From a virus (lineage: Duplodnaviria > Caudoviricetes), in the IMG/VR virus record IMGVR_UViG_3300037789_000103, positions 1 to 40,277 of that record: a stretch of DNA of 40,277 nucleotides. The stretch is one strand, 5' to 3'. The translations under genes and the position numbers were made by a program. Every line of letters starts with the position of its first letter. The first letter of the stretch is position 1. Positions 9,309 through 17,757 of the stretch are shown here, one piece after another. The notes under the pieces are model-generated. The model made no database searches. It saw nothing but the letters and a program-made list of their open reading frames with translations, and was not told the origin of the DNA.

Positions 9309-9556
9309 AATCGGGTGTTCGTTTTGGATCCGCAATCTGTGGTCCTAAATCCGCAATCTGGCCAGAATTTCCGAAATCTGGAATCCTGCCGAAATCTGGA
9401 ATCTGGGTTTTGTCTTTTTTAATCAGAGGCTTATCACCTCAATTCCAGATTTCGGGTGCAGCGATCCGCAATCTGGTCCGCAATCTGGATTCGATAAATA
9501 AATTCAATAACTTACGCCAGATTACAGATTTCGGAAAATGCACCCCTAAAGGGGTG
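9271..9556. repeat. Putative replication origin: nine CCG(A/C)AATCTG iterons, AT-rich spacers and a palindrome
   Basis: Plus-strand copies at 9271, 9330, 9351, 9371, 9389, 9466, 9478; inverted at 9446, 9525; CACCCC-TAAA-GGGGTG at 9541-9556. Confidence 0.75.
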
Positions 9557-9719
9557 GGTGGCCTCCCCCGTCAGGAGGAAGGTCCACCACTCACCCCTGG
9601 GCAATCTTCTCGCGCTGAAATCTTGGCTCGAGTTCAATCCGACGACGGCGGCCGGTACCGCCAAGCATCAACCACCGTCGTCTTCCACCAAATCAATCGA
9701 TCCCAAAAGGAGACCACAT

Positions 9720-10256
9720 ATGGCTGACTTGACTTTTACTGATGCCACACGGGGCGCAACCCCAAAAATACCTGCGGCTGCAGAGCCGAACCGAACTGTC
9801 CTGGCTCTTGACCTGGGCACCACGACGGGCTGGGCCCTACACGGCTTTGATGGCCTCATCACCAGCGGCTCGGTTAGTTTTAAACCAGGACGCTACGATG
9901 GCGGTGGTATGCGTTATCTGCGTTTCACCAACTGGCTTACGGAGTTGGACCGTTTGTCTGGGCCAATAGAGGCGATTTTCTTTGAAGAGGTCCGTCGGCA
10001 TCGCGGCACAGATGCCGCCCATGTTTATGGCGGTCTGATGGCGACACTTGAAGCTTGGGCTGAGTTGCGCGGTGTGCCGTATCAAGGCACCCCAGTAGGC
10101 ACCATAAAACGCCATGCCACGGGGAAGGGCAATGCCAGTAAGGAGGCGATGATCGCTGCAGCGCAGACGCGGGGATACAGCCCTGCGGATGACAACGAGG
10201 CCGATGCGATCGCGATCCTGCTATGGACGCTGGAAACCGACGGAGGACTCCGCTGA
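9720..10256 (+). CDS. RuvC-like Holliday junction resolvase
   Basis: LALDLGTTTGWA, FFEEV, KRHATGKGNASK, DNEADA; AGGAG RBS. Confidence 0.85.
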   Translation: MADLTFTDATRGATPKIPAAAEPNRTVLALDLGTTTGWALHGFDGLITSGSVSFKPGRYDGGGMRYLRFTNWLTELDRLSGPIEAIFFEEVRRHRGTDAAHVYGGLMATLEAWAELRGVPYQGTPVGTIKRHATGKGNASKEAMIAAAQTRGYSPADDNEADAIAILLWTLETDGGLR

Positions 10257-10462
10257 TGGGGATGCGGTTCACACCGAAGGGCTATGGCGGCAACAGGCGA
10301 ACGCCGGATGAAGTCAAACGCGATGGGTGGCGCGATCAACATGTTCTCGCAGTCTCGCTTGAGGATCACCGTCTCACATGGCCAGAGCGCGAAATGGTCC
10401 GCCAGCTCGGCGAAAAACTCTACGGCAAATTGCCGGGAGGCGGGGAGTGGCGGCATGGATAA
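10256..10462 (+). CDS. Small hypothetical phage protein
   Basis: TGATG coupling; PKGYGG.RR.PDEVKRDGW...LTWPERE. Confidence 0.7.
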   Translation: MGMRFTPKGYGGNRRTPDEVKRDGWRDQHVLAVSLEDHRLTWPEREMVRQLGEKLYGKLPGGGEWRHG

Positions 10463-10880
10463 GATTTGGACACGCGCTCGGGTGGCCGACCGGCTTGAGC
10501 TGGCCGCCGATGTCATGAGGTCTGCACCGGACGTCAAACCGCAGGGGTATTTTAACTCCTGGCCTGTCTACCTCAGCACTTGGGCAGATCAGGTTGGCCA
10601 AGAACCACGAAGCCGACGACCTCTTCCCTCGGCGCGGATGATCTCGGAAGCCGATGAGGCAATGCTGTGGTTGCGGTGGGTGGAAAAAGACATCGGCCAA
10701 GTGCTTTGGGCACGCGCCAATCGTAAACCGTGGAAGGGGATCTGCTGGGATCACGGTGTCAGCCGAGCAACGGCTAATCGGCGGTTTGAATTTGGCCTTG
10801 CGGTCATTGCCCTACATTTGAATGGCCGGGTTGTTCCGCAAAAGCGGTCGATGGATTTTGTGATTGCTCAGGTGTCGTGA
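10455..10880 (+). CDS. DUF6362 family protein (possible late regulator)
   Basis: PQGYFNSWP, AMLWLRW, WKGICWDHGVSRATANRR (HTH-like); position at the end of the early region. Confidence 0.75.
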   Translation: MDKIWTRARVADRLELAADVMRSAPDVKPQGYFNSWPVYLSTWADQVGQEPRSRRPLPSARMISEADEAMLWLRWVEKDIGQVLWARANRKPWKGICWDHGVSRATANRRFEFGLAVIALHLNGRVVPQKRSMDFVIAQVS

Positions 10881-10885
10881 GCTCT

Positions 10886-10918
10886 GTGCCGTGCCGTGGT
10901 GGCACGGCACCTTTGCTT
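10886..10918 (+). terminator. Putative intrinsic terminator
   Basis: GTGCCGTGCC-GTGGT-GGCACGGCAC 10-bp stem followed by CTTTGCTT. Confidence 0.6.
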
Positions 10919-10973
10919 GACATCGTTCTCAAAACCTTTGGGAATGGATCAGATAAGCCCGAAGGAGACACAG

Positions 10974-11198
10974 ATGTTTGAAGCACGTGTGCGTAAAGAG
11001 GGTAACTCTACTATTGTAACTGTACCGGCCGAAGTTCTCGCTGCTCTTGAAGTGAGTGAAGGGGACACCATTTATTTTGTAGTTGATGATAATGGTGGTC
11101 TGAAAGTCACTTCCAAGAACCCTATTCTGAGCGAGGCTCTCACTGCTGCTCAAGTCATTATGGATGAAAACCAAGAAATGTTGCAGTCGCTCACTTGA
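10974..11198 (+). CDS. AbrB/MazE-family antitoxin (orphan)
   Basis: VRKEGNSTIVTVPAEVL...EGDTI; AAGGAG RBS; TTGACA at 10917. Confidence 0.85.
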   Translation: MFEARVRKEGNSTIVTVPAEVLAALEVSEGDTIYFVVDDNGGLKVTSKNPILSEALTAAQVIMDENQEMLQSLT

Positions 11199-11266
11199 AG
11201 CTTAATACCACTTCGGTTGATTTTGCGCGTTGGTTGCACAGCAAGATGATATCTATCGCGGGCTAA
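11195..11266 (+). pseudogene. Possible truncated Doc/Fic toxin remnant (23 codons)
   Basis: TTG overlaps the antitoxin stop; SVDFARWLHSKMISIAG resembles a Doc N-terminal helix, then a stop. Confidence 0.3.
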
Positions 11267-11479
11267 ATTGGATCCAGCCTGTCAAGGTTGCTCGCACTCG
11301 TGAGACATTTTTTGATGAGACACTGAAGTCCGTGACAGATCTCTCTCAAGGCTGTAGCAAATCCATAAGATGATCTTTTTGCGTCGCAGGGAGATCTTAG
11401 CGATTTGTGTTTTGGTTGGGCTCTGAGTGGATGGCATTTGACGCGAACAAACTGTCTTTAGACGATTTTGACGTGCATC

Positions 11480-11671
11480 TAACCCATTGAAATTGTTCGG
11501 GTCCCTCCTGTTTGAAGCTGTATTCGGGGGGGCGAGGCTCGAGGGTTTCCCAGTGACACCCTGAGAAATACCCATTTCGTTTCGCTTTGCGCCGATCTCT
11601 GAGAAAACAAAGGTCTAAAGGCCTTCAAACCTACGCCTGAACCGAAACGGGGGTCTGACCCCATTTCGGTT
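11480..11671 (+). other. Lambda-cos-like packaging site
   Basis: GGGTCCC (11499-11505) resembles cosQ GGGTCCT; GGGGGGCGAGGCTCGAGGGTTTCC (11527-11550) resembles lambda GGGCGGCGACCTCGCGGGTTTTC; IHF-like site at 11480-11492; downstream CCCATTTCG repeats. Confidence 0.65.
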
Positions 11672-11694
11672 TCTTGCATTTCCAGGATATCATC

Positions 11695-13782
11695 ATGGAC
11701 GTCATCGACCTGCCGCTTGAGCAGATCATTCCCTATGCGCGCAACCCGCGAAACAACGCCGAGGCTGTGGCGACTGTTGCAGCGTCGATCCAGGAGTTTG
11801 GCTGGCGTCAGCCGATTGTTGTTGATGAGGACAGGATTGTTTTGGCTGGTCACACTCGACTGGAAGCGGCTCGAAAACTCGGGTTCAAAACCGCGCCGGT
11901 CCATGTCGCGAAGGGACTGACGGCCAATCAGGCGCGGGCGTTCCGCATTATGGACAACCGCTCAGGTGAAAACGCCGAGTGGGACAAAGACCTCCTGAAC
12001 CTCGAATTGGCGGATTTGCTTGAGGCGGATTTTGATCTTGGGCTGACCGGCTTCACCGACGATGAACTCAGCGCTTTGATGACAAGCGTCGAGGAGGGAT
12101 CGGGGCTACAAGATAACGAGGATGAGATCCCAGACACGCCCAAGGATCCGGTGAGCCGGCCGGGCGACTTGTGGATCTTGGGGCACCATCGATTACTTTG
12201 TGGAGACAGTACTGTCGCTACGGATGTCGAGCGCGTTTTAAACGGCATTACACCCCTTCTTATGGCAACAGATCCACCCTACGGTGTGGAGTATGATCCA
12301 GGTTGGCGTAACGAAATGGGCGCTGCCAAGACCAGGCGCACCGGCAAAGTGTTGAACGACGACCGCGCGGATTGGCGCGAGGCCTGGGCACTCTTTCCAG
12401 GAGATGTCGCTTATGTTTGGCATGGTGCTCTGCATGCGGCGACGGTGGCTGAGAGCTTAGAGGACTGCGGATTTACCATTCGATCCCAGATCATTTGGGC
12501 CAAGGAACGCTTGGTTCTGAGCCGAGGCGATTATCACTGGCAGCATGAACCGTGTCAGCCTGCTGGGACGCTGGTCCAGAAAGTCATTGAGCGTGGTGCC
12601 GGTTCTCAGCCCGCTTTGATAGGCGAAGTCCCGATCGAAACTCTGCAGGTCGGCGATTTTGTTGTATCTTATAACCCATATGAAAGCGTTGTGCGTCGGC
12701 GTGGCCGGCAGATTACGCGGTTTGGTGAGCGCCAGTTCGACGGTTTCATGCATGCAATTTCTGCAGCAGGCCGCGTTACGAGAGCTACTCCCGAGCATCG
12801 GTTTTCTGTACGCCTGAACCCCAACGCGTCAGACAAGCAGGTCGTCTATCTTATGAGACGTGGTGACTGGTGGCGCGTCGGCCGCGTTGGTCTGTTCAAC
12901 TCGCGTGGATTTGGTCTCGCGACCCGACTGGCCGACAACATGGGCGAGGAAGCTTGGATAGTGTCCGTGCACGATTCCGTTGTGGAAGCTCAATGCGCTG
13001 AGCAGGTTCTCTCTTGCAAATACGGTATCCCAACGACGCATTGGGAGGTTGACGCTTGGACGAAAAATCCTGACCGAGTGCGATCACAGGAAATGATCGC
13101 TGGCATTTATGCCAGCCTAAGTCTGAGCGCGCTCAATGCACGCGCCACCCAACTTCTTCGTGATCATCGGCTTGAGAGGGATTATCCGTTCATTGCGAGC
13201 GGAGAAAAACTCAACTTTTCCCGGAGGGCGACACGACTTGTTAGATCCTGCAACGTGTTCGCGAAAATCATGCAGCTTCCGATGCCCACGGTTGGCGAGG
13301 ACTTCACCTGGGTCACGGTCACAGGAAACGATGCCACGCCGTTCAGCGGTTCAGTCTACTCAATGGATGTTGAAAGGGACCAACATTACGTTGCGGACGG
13401 ACTCGTTACACATAATTGCTGGTACGCTGTTAAAAAGTCGGGCAAAGGCCATTGGGCGGGTGATCGAAAGCAGACAACGCTTTGGCATATTGCCAACAAG
13501 GACCAGGACGAAAAGACCGTCCACGGCACGCAAAAGCCGGTGGAGTGTATGCGACGGCCGATCCTGAACAACTCAAATCCAGGTCAGGCTGTTTACGAGC
13601 CGTTCATGGGATCGGGGACGACCCTGATTGCTGCAGAAAGCACCGGACGTGTCTGCCTAGGTATTGAACTGAACCCTGCCTATGTGGATGTCGCTGTAGA
13701 GCGGTGGCAGAAATTTACAGGGCAGGAGGCGGTGCTGGAGACCTCTGGGGAGCGGTTCAATAATTTGAAAGACAATCGATAG
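11695..13782 (+). CDS. ParB-like domain plus N4/N6 DNA methyltransferase, intein-interrupted
   Basis: PYARNPR/AGHTRL ParB motifs; TDPPY, HGTQKP, EPFMGSGTT, GIEL methyltransferase motifs. Confidence 0.92.
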   Translation: MDVIDLPLEQIIPYARNPRNNAEAVATVAASIQEFGWRQPIVVDEDRIVLAGHTRLEAARKLGFKTAPVHVAKGLTANQARAFRIMDNRSGENAEWDKDLLNLELADLLEADFDLGLTGFTDDELSALMTSVEEGSGLQDNEDEIPDTPKDPVSRPGDLWILGHHRLLCGDSTVATDVERVLNGITPLLMATDPPYGVEYDPGWRNEMGAAKTRRTGKVLNDDRADWREAWALFPGDVAYVWHGALHAATVAESLEDCGFTIRSQIIWAKERLVLSRGDYHWQHEPCQPAGTLVQKVIERGAGSQPALIGEVPIETLQVGDFVVSYNPYESVVRRRGRQITRFGERQFDGFMHAISAAGRVTRATPEHRFSVRLNPNASDKQVVYLMRRGDWWRVGRVGLFNSRGFGLATRLADNMGEEAWIVSVHDSVVEAQCAEQVLSCKYGIPTTHWEVDAWTKNPDRVRSQEMIAGIYASLSLSALNARATQLLRDHRLERDYPFIASGEKLNFSRRATRLVRSCNVFAKIMQLPMPTVGEDFTWVTVTGNDATPFSGSVYSMDVERDQHYVADGLVTHNCWYAVKKSGKGHWAGDRKQTTLWHIANKDQDEKTVHGTQKPVECMRRPILNNSNPGQAVYEPFMGSGTTLIAAESTGRVCLGIELNPAYVDVAVERWQKFTGQEAVLETSGERFNNLKDNR
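12553..13416 (+). mobile_element. Intein (288 aa) with putative GIY-YIG-like endonuclease
   Basis: Starts CQPAGTLV; block B ATPEHRF; block F VYSMDV...HYVADG; ends THN followed by +1 Cys. Removal restores HWQHEP-CWYAV. Confidence 0.92.
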
Positions 13783-13813
13783 GGTCGTGGCCTCGACAAG
13801 CTGGCCAAAATGG

Positions 13814-13842
13814 CTTGTTTGCGATGAGGAGCCTCCCCATAT
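13814..13842 (+). promoter_or_regulatory. RpoH/sigma32-type promoter for htpX
   Basis: CTTGTT-N15-CCCCATAT. Confidence 0.7.
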
Positions 13843-13873
13843 TTTGGAGGACGCCAACACTTAGGGTTCCTGC

Positions 13874-14785
13874 ATGACGCCTTTCTTCAGAACAGCGCTT
13901 TTGATGGCCGCGATGACGGCCTTGTTTGTTGGCCTTGGCGGTTTGCTTGGTGGGACCGGGGGTGCGGTCTTTGCGCTGATTGCTGCTGGGGTGATGAACC
14001 TTATGACTTGGTGGAACTCTGATCGCATGGTTTTGCGTATGCATGGGGCGCAGCCACTACCGCCTGGATCACATGAGTTACAAGGTCTTGTCGAAGACTT
14101 AGCGCGTCGTGCCCAAATGCCAGTGCCGCGAGTTTATGTGATGACAACGGATCAACCGAATGCGTTTGCGACTGGCCGTGATCCAGAGCATGCGGCCGTT
14201 GCGGTGACGACGGGTTTGCTCAAGTCCATGACACGTGAAGAGTTGGCGGGGGTAATTGCCCATGAGTTGGCACATATCAAACATCGGGACACTCTGATCA
14301 TGACGATCACAGCGACCTTCGCGGGTGCGATCTCGATGCTTGCAAACTTCGCGCTATTCTTCGGTGGCAACCGCGATCGTCAAATGGGGATTGTGGGAAC
14401 CTTGGCTATGATGATCTTGGCGCCCTTAGCGGCAAGCCTTGTTCAAATGGCGATCAGCCGAACACGCGAATATGAAGCGGATCGACTTGGTGCAGAAATC
14501 TGCGGGAACCCGCTGTGGTTAGCATCGGCCCTGCGGCGGTTAGAGACCGTGGCGTCGCGTGTGGACAATCATATTGCGGAGCGTAATCCGGCGACGGCCC
14601 ATATGTTTATCATTAATCCGCTGCACGCGCATGGACACGACAACCTCTTTGCCACCCACCCCAAAACAGCAAACCGAGTAGCAGCGTTAGAAGACATGGC
14701 GCGCAATGGCGTGCGCCCTTCTTCATTCGCAATGCCGAGGGTGAGCCGCAAAACAGACAGTGCTGACCGGGGCCCTTGGGGCTGA
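13874..14785 (+). CDS. htpX: Zinc metalloprotease HtpX (M48)
   Basis: [29 protein letters not shown] and transmembrane segments. Confidence 0.95.
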   Translation: MTPFFRTALLMAAMTALFVGLGGLLGGTGGAVFALIAAGVMNLMTWWNSDRMVLRMHGAQPLPPGSHELQGLVEDLARRAQMPVPRVYVMTTDQPNAFATGRDPEHAAVAVTTGLLKSMTREELAGVIAHELAHIKHRDTLIMTITATFAGAISMLANFALFFGGNRDRQMGIVGTLAMMILAPLAASLVQMAISRTREYEADRLGAEICGNPLWLASALRRLETVASRVDNHIAERNPATAHMFIINPLHAHGHDNLFATHPKTANRVAALEDMARNGVRPSSFAMPRVSRKTDSADRGPWG

Positions 14786-14789
14786 GACC

Positions 14790-14975
14790 TCAGGCAGGGT
14801 CTTGAGTGATCATCGCCAAGATCGCCGTGGCCATTCCGCCCAAGTACTCGCTCTGGCGAAACACCATCTCATCGATTTGAGAGGGTAACGTTAGAGTTGG
14901 GTCAACACTCAAGTCTTCTGCGAAGTGGGGGAGGAGGCGTGTGACTTCTGCGTTGTAACGTTGGGCGAGGGTCAT
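14790..14975 (-). CDS. Small hypothetical protein
   Basis: 61-aa ORF filling the gap between htpX and terS; TTGACT upstream on the minus strand. Confidence 0.55.
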   Translation of the reverse strand: MTLAQRYNAEVTRLLPHFAEDLSVDPTLTLPSQIDEMVFRQSEYLGGMATAILAMITQDPA

Positions 14976-15080
14976 TGGTTTTATCCAAGGTGTGTTGGTG
15001 CAATGATGTGAGTTTCGCTCTTTGAGGGCTCGCTATCCAGTCAATTCGATCATTTTTTCTGAGTATTTAAGGGTCAACTC

Positions 15081-15641
15081 ATGTCCTCAGCCACCCAACC
15101 CATCGGTGTGATCGCGAGGCTGCTCGACCTATCGGAACGGCGTGTCCAACAACTGAGCCGCGAAGGTGTGATCCCGAAAGCGGAGCGTGGTCAATACGAC
15201 CTGATTGGATCTGTGCGCGGTTATGTCCGCTATCTGCGGGATCAGGCTCTTAAGGCCCAATCGGGCGCGCCTGACTACGGTGCTGAACGTGCCCGGTTCA
15301 TCCGAGCGCGAGCCGACCTTGCTGAGATGGAAGCCCAAGAAAAACGCCGCGCGCTGATTGCGGCGGACCAAATTGAAGCGGCTTGGATTGCGGTCCTAGC
15401 ACTCCTTAGAACCCGTATGCTGGCGTTGCCGGACAGGCTGGCGCCACAAGCTTTTGACCAACCCACCGTCGGAGATACTCGGACCCTGATCCGCACTGCC
15501 ATCCGCGAGGTGCTCGATGATCTCGCAGAGCCTGACATTGAACTTGAAGCCGACCCTGCAATTGACGGGCTCATCGATCCTGAAACGAACGGTGACGAAG
15601 GCCCTCGCGGTGCTGAAACCGCCACCGGATCTGACGATTAG
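15081..15641 (+). CDS. Terminase small subunit (Nu1-like)
   Basis: N-terminal HTH IARLLDLSERRVQQL..EG, coiled coil; overlaps terL. Confidence 0.88.
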   Translation: MSSATQPIGVIARLLDLSERRVQQLSREGVIPKAERGQYDLIGSVRGYVRYLRDQALKAQSGAPDYGAERARFIRARADLAEMEAQEKRRALIAADQIEAAWIAVLALLRTRMLALPDRLAPQAFDQPTVGDTRTLIRTAIREVLDDLAEPDIELEADPAIDGLIDPETNGDEGPRGAETATGSDD

Positions 15642-17532
15642 CGATTGGGCGGATCAAAACCGACGTCTGAGTTCTGAGGCCAGCGCCGAGCCTGGCCAGT
15701 GGCGCACGAGTCGCGCGGAATATCAGCGCGGCATTATGGAAGCGATCTCGGATGCCTCCACTGAGACTGTTGTGATCATGTCCAGTTCACAGGTGGGCAA
15801 GACCGAAGTTGTAAATAATTGCGTCGCCTACCACATCGACCAAGACCCGGCACCGATCATGGTGGTGATGCCCACCGAACGGGACGCTGAGACTTGGTCA
15901 AAAGACCGCTTCTCACCGATGGCGCGGGATACGCCCTGTTTGCAGAACAAGATTGCGAACCCAAAGTCGCGGGATGGGAATAACAAAATCCTGCATAAGA
16001 GGTTTCCGGGCGGGCATCTGACGATTGTGGGGGCCAACGCGCCTTCTGGGCTTGCAAGTCGCCCAATCCGACTGCTGCTCTGTGATGAGGTGGATCGCTA
16101 TCCCTTCAGTGCGGGGGCTGAGGGTGATCCAGTTAACCTCGCCAAGAAACGTACGGTCACATTTTGGAACCGCAAGATCGTGCTGGTCTCGACGCCGACG
16201 AATAAGGGCGCGAGCCGGATCGAGGCGGCGTTTGAGGAAAGCGATCAGCGCCGATTTTGGGTGCTATGCCCCGTTTGCGGACATGAACAAATCCTGACCT
16301 GGGGACAGGTCAAATGGGACAGGGACGAGAACGGCGGCCATATTACAGAAACCGCGCGCTACCACTGCGCTGACTGCGAGGCGGCGTGGAACGATGAGAC
16401 ACGCTGGGCTGCGATATCTAAGGGTCGCTGGATCGCCGAGGCGCCATTCAATGGGACTGCGGGCTTTCATCTGAACGAGATCTATTCGCCTTGGGTGCGG
16501 CTCGAGGCTATGGCCAAGGCGTTTCTGTCAGCCCGGGCCGGTGGCGATGAGACGATGAAGACCTTCGTGAACACTTCGCTTGGCGAGACCTGGATGGAAA
16601 GTGGTGAGGCGCCGGACTGGCAGCGGCTTCAAGGGCTGAAGGAAGACTGGCCGGCAGGCACAGTCCCGTCGGGTGGTTTGTTTCTGACAGCTGGCGCTGA
16701 CGTTCAGAAAGACCGCATTGAGATCGACGTCTGGGCATGGGGGAGAGGACTACAAAGCTGGCTCATCGATCATATCGTCATCGAGGGTGGCCCAGGGGAT
16801 CAGGCCTGTTGGCAAGGCCTGTCTGAGATTTTGGGGCGAAGCTGGGAGCATGCTAGCGGCGCACAGATGACCGTCTCAAAGCTCGCGATTGATACCGGCT
16901 ATGAGACTTCGGCCGTATACGCCTGGGCCCGCCAAGTTGGCTTTGGTCAAGTGGCTCCTATCAAGGGTCTTGAGGGGTTCAATCGGGCAAGTCCGGTCAC
17001 AGGTCCGACCTATGTGGATGCCACGATCGGCGGCAAGCGTTTGCGTCGTGGTGCACGTCTTTGGACCATCGCAACATCGACCTTCAAGGCTGAAACCTAT
17101 CGGTTCCTGCGGCTTGATCCGCCGGATGTCGTGGGGCCGTCGTCTCGGTTGGAGGACGGGTCACCACGAGAGCCAAGCCTGGCGGATGCGGGAGCTTTTC
17201 CTCCCGGCTTTCTGCATCTGCCGGGTTGGGCTGACGCTGAGTGGCTCAAGCAATTGACGGCCGAACAACTGGTAACTGTCAAAACCAAGCGTGGCTTTGC
17301 AAAACTCGAGTGGCAAAAACTCCGTGAGCGCAACGAGGCGCTCGATTGCCGTATCTATGCGCGGGCGGCGGCTTGGATGCTGGGTGCGGATCGCTGGTCA
17401 GAGGCACGTTGGGATGAGTTGGCTGCACAGTTTGAGGTCGAGGCGGGCCCTGCGCCGCGCAGGAAACAGCCTCAGAGTGAGGCAAAAAGGCCTACGACCC
17501 GCCGTGTCGCGCGGTCGCGATATATGGATTAA
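15517..17532 (+). CDS. Terminase large subunit (lambda GpA family); start may be TTG 15562
   Basis: SSQVGKTE, LLCDEVDRY, STPT, CxxC/CxxC, GADVQ, IDTG, NEALDC. Confidence 0.95.
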   Translation: MISQSLTLNLKPTLQLTGSSILKRTVTKALAVLKPPPDLTISDWADQNRRLSSEASAEPGQWRTSRAEYQRGIMEAISDASTETVVIMSSSQVGKTEVVNNCVAYHIDQDPAPIMVVMPTERDAETWSKDRFSPMARDTPCLQNKIANPKSRDGNNKILHKRFPGGHLTIVGANAPSGLASRPIRLLLCDEVDRYPFSAGAEGDPVNLAKKRTVTFWNRKIVLVSTPTNKGASRIEAAFEESDQRRFWVLCPVCGHEQILTWGQVKWDRDENGGHITETARYHCADCEAAWNDETRWAAISKGRWIAEAPFNGTAGFHLNEIYSPWVRLEAMAKAFLSARAGGDETMKTFVNTSLGETWMESGEAPDWQRLQGLKEDWPAGTVPSGGLFLTAGADVQKDRIEIDVWAWGRGLQSWLIDHIVIEGGPGDQACWQGLSEILGRSWEHASGAQMTVSKLAIDTGYETSAVYAWARQVGFGQVAPIKGLEGFNRASPVTGPTYVDATIGGKRLRRGARLWTIATSTFKAETYRFLRLDPPDVVGPSSRLEDGSPREPSLADAGAFPPGFLHLPGWADAEWLKQLTAEQLVTVKTKRGFAKLEWQKLRERNEALDCRIYARAAAWMLGADRWSEARWDELAAQFEVEAGPAPRRKQPQSEAKRPTTRRVARSRYMD

Positions 17533-17536
17533 AGAT

Positions 17537-17752
17537 ATGACCTCTCTCACAGACCTTCGCGCACGTCGCGAGACACTCTTGGCGCAACGGGCCTCTGGTG
17601 TGGCGAAGGTAAGTTATGATGGCAAAACGATCGACTATCGGTCCGTTGCTGAAATCGATCGTGCGCTTGAGGGTTTGGACCGGGAAATCGCGGCCGCTGA
17701 GGGGCGGCGGATGGTGCGACAGGTCCGCGTGATGGCGACCAAGGGCCTCTAA
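17537..17752 (+). CDS. gpW-like head-tail joining protein
   Basis: VSYDGKTIDYRSVAEI; lies between terL and portal. Confidence 0.85.
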   Translation: MTSLTDLRARRETLLAQRASGVAKVSYDGKTIDYRSVAEIDRALEGLDREIAAAEGRRMVRQVRVMATKGL

Positions 17753-17757
17753 GTCTC

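Noticed and set aside
9271-9534. CRISPR-like array
   Set aside because: Repeats are only 10 bp, irregularly spaced and in both orientations
9233-9727. 164-aa ORF
   Set aside because: Its repetitive PKSGI/RNL content is a translation of the iteron array; likely non-coding
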